This document shows, piece after piece, positions 60,001 to 64,000 of a DNA stretch of 64,000 nucleotides (position 1 is its first letter; every line of letters starts with the position of its first letter). The notes under the pieces were generated by a model. It had not been told where the DNA came from. It searched no databases and saw nothing but the letters and a program-made list of their open reading frames with translations. This stretch comes from Blepharisma stoltei ATCC 30299 (taxonomy: Eukaryota; Protista; Ciliophora). A program made the translations under genes and the position numbers. The stretch spans positions 496,001 through 560,000 of the forward strand of contig CBFDEM010000014.1 of assembly GCA_965603825.1 (NCBI GenBank), given 5' to 3'.

Positions 60001-63000
60001 TGCTTGGCAAAAGATATATGACTTAGAAAGAAAAATAATGACGAATGAGCTGGAAGAGCAAAAGAAAATAGCAAAAGGCGAAATGCTGGTGGAAACAGCT
60101 TCACCAAGTAGACCTGCAGTGCATGGGAAAATAAGTGGAAAAGGACCTTCTAAGACTATTAAGCAGCCTGTTCCTGAATCATCAGAAGAAGATGAGGATG
60201 TGGATTTTAGTGATAAAGTTGTGCATGGAAAAATAACTTCAAAAAGGCCGGCGAAGAGTATTAAGAATGCAACATTTATTAATAATGAAGACTTTTCTCA
60301 AGGCCTTGCAATGCTCTCAGAGGGGCAGCTAAATCAAACTCAGTTTTCTCAAGTCCCTGCAATGGCTATAGGGGGACAATTTAATTTAGTTCAGACTCCT
60401 ACAGACCCTGCTATGGGTTTTCAATCAAATCAAGCTCAGCCTACGCTTTTCTTCCAAAATTTTAACTCTGAGGCTATAAATTTAAATTACCAAGAACTTG
60501 AAAGAAGGTCCAAAGAAAAATTCGCAGAGCTAGTAGAGATAATAAGAGGAGTCCTTGTCGATCTTATAAACCACGGAGCTAACCCAGCTGCTACAGTTGA
60601 AAAATTGCTAAAATACAAAGAAAATCCTGACCTTATTTATCAAGAAGAAAAAGAAAGCCAGATTCAAGATGCTGGTGGCGTATATAATAGGTATGGGCAA
60701 TCAGAACAAAGGAAATTTTTTATTACTGATATTGATGGTACAAAGAAATATAAAGAGTACGGAGACAAAGGCCAGCAAAATGCTCTTCACCTTATAGCGA
60801 TGAAGCCTGAAAAGCCACTTCTAGACTTTCTGCTATCTCTGCCTATCCCTATTAATCAAAGAGATTTTTATGGTGATACTCCGCTTATTCTATTTGTGAA
60901 AGCAGTCCAACACGTAAGTGCTATTAAAACTTTGATAGACCACAATGCAGACCCAAATATATATAACTGCGAAAATGAAGGCCCTCTATTAAAAGCAATT
61001 CAGCATAATTTGCTAGATATAATAGATCTGCTTATTAAGAATCGGGCTATGATAGAAGTCACCTCAAAACTTGGGAAAACTCCACTGACGTTAGCAGTAG
61101 AAATGAAAAATGTAAAAATCGCTAGAAAATTATGTGAGGCAGGGGCCAGTGTGAATTTTAAAGACCCAAAAGGCCGCACAGCTCTCCATATTGCTATTAA
61201 TTCTGCAGAAGCTACCTCAGACGCATCATTCGACATGGAGTCTCTTTTGCTCCACTTTGGAGCTAACATAAATGCAGTGGACAACCGAGGAAGATGCCCA
61301 TTGCACTATGCTTTTGTAAAAATTGGGAGACCATTTGATAAATCCCAGATAGATCCTATTGAAACTGTAAGCTCAGCTTGCTCAAGATCAGACATCAACG
61401 TAAATATCCAAGACCAGTGGAAAAAGACACCACTCCATTATGCTGCACAAAGGGGAGCACTGACATCAACCATGTTTATGCTAGCAAAAGGAGCGAAAAT
61501 TGATACAGAAGATGAAGATGGAAACACCTCTTTAGGAATTTCTATTAAATTTGGCCATGCAAACTATGCAATTATGCTTATACAAAAAGACGCAAATGTG
61601 AATAAGCTGCTAATAATTAAGCCAGCAGAAGAAAAAAATGAAGAAGAAGTAGAAGAAAACAGGCTCGGGCTTTTTGGAGGAGCAAGAACCAAACAAACAG
61701 CGCGATCAGGTATGTTTGGAGGAATGTCAAGGGCACGACCTACAAAGCCATCCACAAACTCCTCACTACCACAAGGCACTTATTCCATGTTTCGAGCTGC
61801 TATAATACAAGGTTGGCAAGGTGCTGCTTATTTAATGCTATACAATGGCTATCCTTATATGCTAGCAATGCAAGACGCGATGAACGAAATGAAATTTAAA
61901 CTAGTCAAAACTCTGCTTGCCAAGGTTGGGGACGACAAAAAGCTACAGGAAATAAATGAGGATGGGCAAAATCTTTTCCATACATTAGCCATCAAAGGAT
62001 CTGCAGCTGACCAAGAAATCACACAAATTATATGTGATGAATTATTTGAAAGAGGAGTTGACTTATTTGCAGTTGACAATAAAGGCAAAACACCTCTTCA
62101 TTATGCTGCTGCTTCTGGATATCGCTCATTGTGCCAATTTTTATTAGGAAAAGGCTCAAATCATGCATTGCCTGATAATAATGGAATTGTGCCATTAGCA
62201 TATGCATTGCAAGGAAGCAAAATATTGACATCAGAACAAATGATCTTGATTTTCAGAGGATATGGGGCATCCTTGTCTTTTACTTTCAGAGAAGACGGAA
62301 TTGATCTGACCCCAATTCTTCATGCAATCTCTCAGAAAGGCCCTCCGAGGTTAATAACTTTTCTACTGCAAAATGGATGCTCTTTAACTGAAGTGGACAG
62401 CTTAGGAAGGAATGCAGTGATGCTAGCTATAATCAACAATGATATAAAAATGGTAGAAGCACTAATTAAAGAAGGCTCACTTGACATAAACCATTCTGAT
62501 AAGAAAGGACGAAACGCAGCCCACTATGCTGTGCAGCCTTTAGAATATGGCTCTTATGAAAATATAGATATACTAAAACTCCTTATAAGCTCAAAGATAA
62601 ACGCAGGGAAATTTGATAATGAAGGATGGTCACCATTCTGTCTGGCAGCTTTACAAAGGTCAAGAAGAATGGCCAAGCTGCTTGAAGCCCACAGATTCAA
62701 GGTTTCAGAGTACCCAGAACGAAGACTTTCTGTTTTTGAGCCCAGCATGGAGGTGGACTATGAAAAAGACGCTGAGTCATATCTACAAAAGCAGTCAGAG
62801 CTTGTTAAAGAAGAAAAAATAAAGAGACTTCCAGACAACACACAGGACTTCCCTGACTATTATGAAGTGGTTGACGACTATGACTTATACATGACCAAGG
62901 TAGATCTTCAATATGGCCCTTACTCTCAATATCTTTTCTATAGAATGCAGTTATTGCATGACACAAATAGAGATAACTATATCATTTTCACCAGATGGGG

Positions 63001-64000
63001 AAGGATTGGAGAAGTAGGAGCTTTCCAGAGGACGCCTTTTGCTGATAGAAATGAAGCAGAAACAGAGTTTAAAAAGATTTTTAAGTCAAAATCTGGCAAT
63101 GAGTGGAGAGAAGACTTTGTAAGAATTAAAGGAAAATATGTAAAGGTTGAATTCGCGAAAAAGAAAATAAGTCATAAGGACTTTATTAATGATTTTGATT
63201 TAGAAAGAGCTCCAAATAGCAATTTAGTTGAAGAGCTGCAAGTAGCGGTAAAGCATTTTACAAAGAATTCAATATATAGAAGCTATTTTGATCAGTCAGG
63301 AATTGATGTCAACGTTCTCAACTTTTCTTCAATATCAAGAGAAACTATTTTAGAAGCTGAAGAAATTATAAGGAAAATTGCTGTTTTGGTTGGGGAGCTC
63401 AGAGATTCTCAGGATGTTGATAAAAATCTAGATATCAAACAAGAAATTTCTGACTTATCAAGCAGATATTATGAATTAATACCATCTCCTGGATTTGAGC
63501 ACACTGCAGTTAGCCCTATTTTAGCCCCTTTAGATGTTAAAGCCAAACTTGATACTCTTGACAGCTTAAAAAACATCCAAATTGCAAGCAAAATTATTTT
63601 GGGTGCCATTAACAGTCAGGATTCTATCAATCCTCTTGACTATACATATCTTGCCTTGAATACAAGCTTAAACCTTGTAGACTCTAAAAGTCCAGAATTT
63701 AACGTTATTGAGAAATATATGAAAGCAGGAAGAGGCGATGATACACAAATTTTAGGCTTGTTCCAGGTAAATAGAAGAGGTGAAGCTGAAAAAATAGAAA
63801 AATTCAAAAATATAGAGCAAAGAAAGCTATTATGGCATGGAACTGGATCAGCGAATATTATTGGGATTTTAACTCAAGGACTAAGAATTGCTCCCCCTGA
63901 AGTGCCTAATATGGGCTGGATGTTTGGAAAAGGTGTATATTTTGCAGACATGTTTATGAAAAGCTTGGGATATGCTCATTCAGAAGCTGGAGATACAAGC
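57092..64000 (+). CDS. Giant ankyrin-repeat + WGR + PARP regulatory + PARP catalytic protein (PME-5/tankyrase-like); 3' end beyond window
   Basis: One frame from ATG 57092 with TGA=Trp at 58103 and 59345. Many ankyrin repeats; FYRMQL..FTRWGRIG (62990); SSRYYELIP; LLWHGT..GLRIAPP..MFGKGVYFAD. Confidence 0.92.
60119..60265 (+). repeat. Two imperfect 45-bp coding repeats (VHGKISGKGPSKTIK / VHGKITSKRPAKSIK)
   Basis: 60119-60163 and 60221-60265, separated by an acidic spacer. Confidence 0.75.

Noticed and set aside
1-64000. Fragmented ORFs interpreted as pseudogenes or frameshifts
   Set aside because: Every break is a same-frame TGA at a Trp-compatible site or a stop inside a 15-16 nt GT..AG intron.
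1-64000. TGA as selenocysteine/cysteine, or all three stops reassigned
   Set aside because: TGA aligns with conserved Trp and with TGG in a paralog; internal TAA/TAG are all explained by introns.
1-64000. Prokaryotic features: CRISPR arrays, operons, defence systems; also tRNA/rRNA genes
   Set aside because: No repeat-spacer arrays or recognisable tRNA/rRNA seen; gene content and introns are eukaryotic.

Overview
Gene-dense, AT-rich eukaryotic DNA, most consistent with a heterotrich ciliate macronuclear chromosome (Blepharisma-like; the taxon is an inference). TGA is read as Trp, only TAA/TAG end genes, and introns are 15-16 nt GT..AG units, almost all with A at position 10. The supplied ORF track is therefore fragmented. 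Re-reading gives about 38 protein-coding genes, 13 tiny introns and a small ncRNA cluster (two C/D snoRNAs plus an unassigned structured element). Highlights: (1) a giant ankyrin-WGR-PARP protein carries an exact internal copy of histone H3 residues 1-8 (GG-ARTKQTAR-S); (2) a voltage-sensor/adenylyl cyclase fusion has a degenerate catalytic site and sits tail-to-tail with a cathepsin B-like pseudoprotease; (3) two divergent genes have start codons only 9 bp apart; (4) an EGF-7TM receptor-like gene is largely hidden by TGA codons; (5) one 15-nt intron lacks the consensus A10. All family assignments are by motif recognition, not database search.
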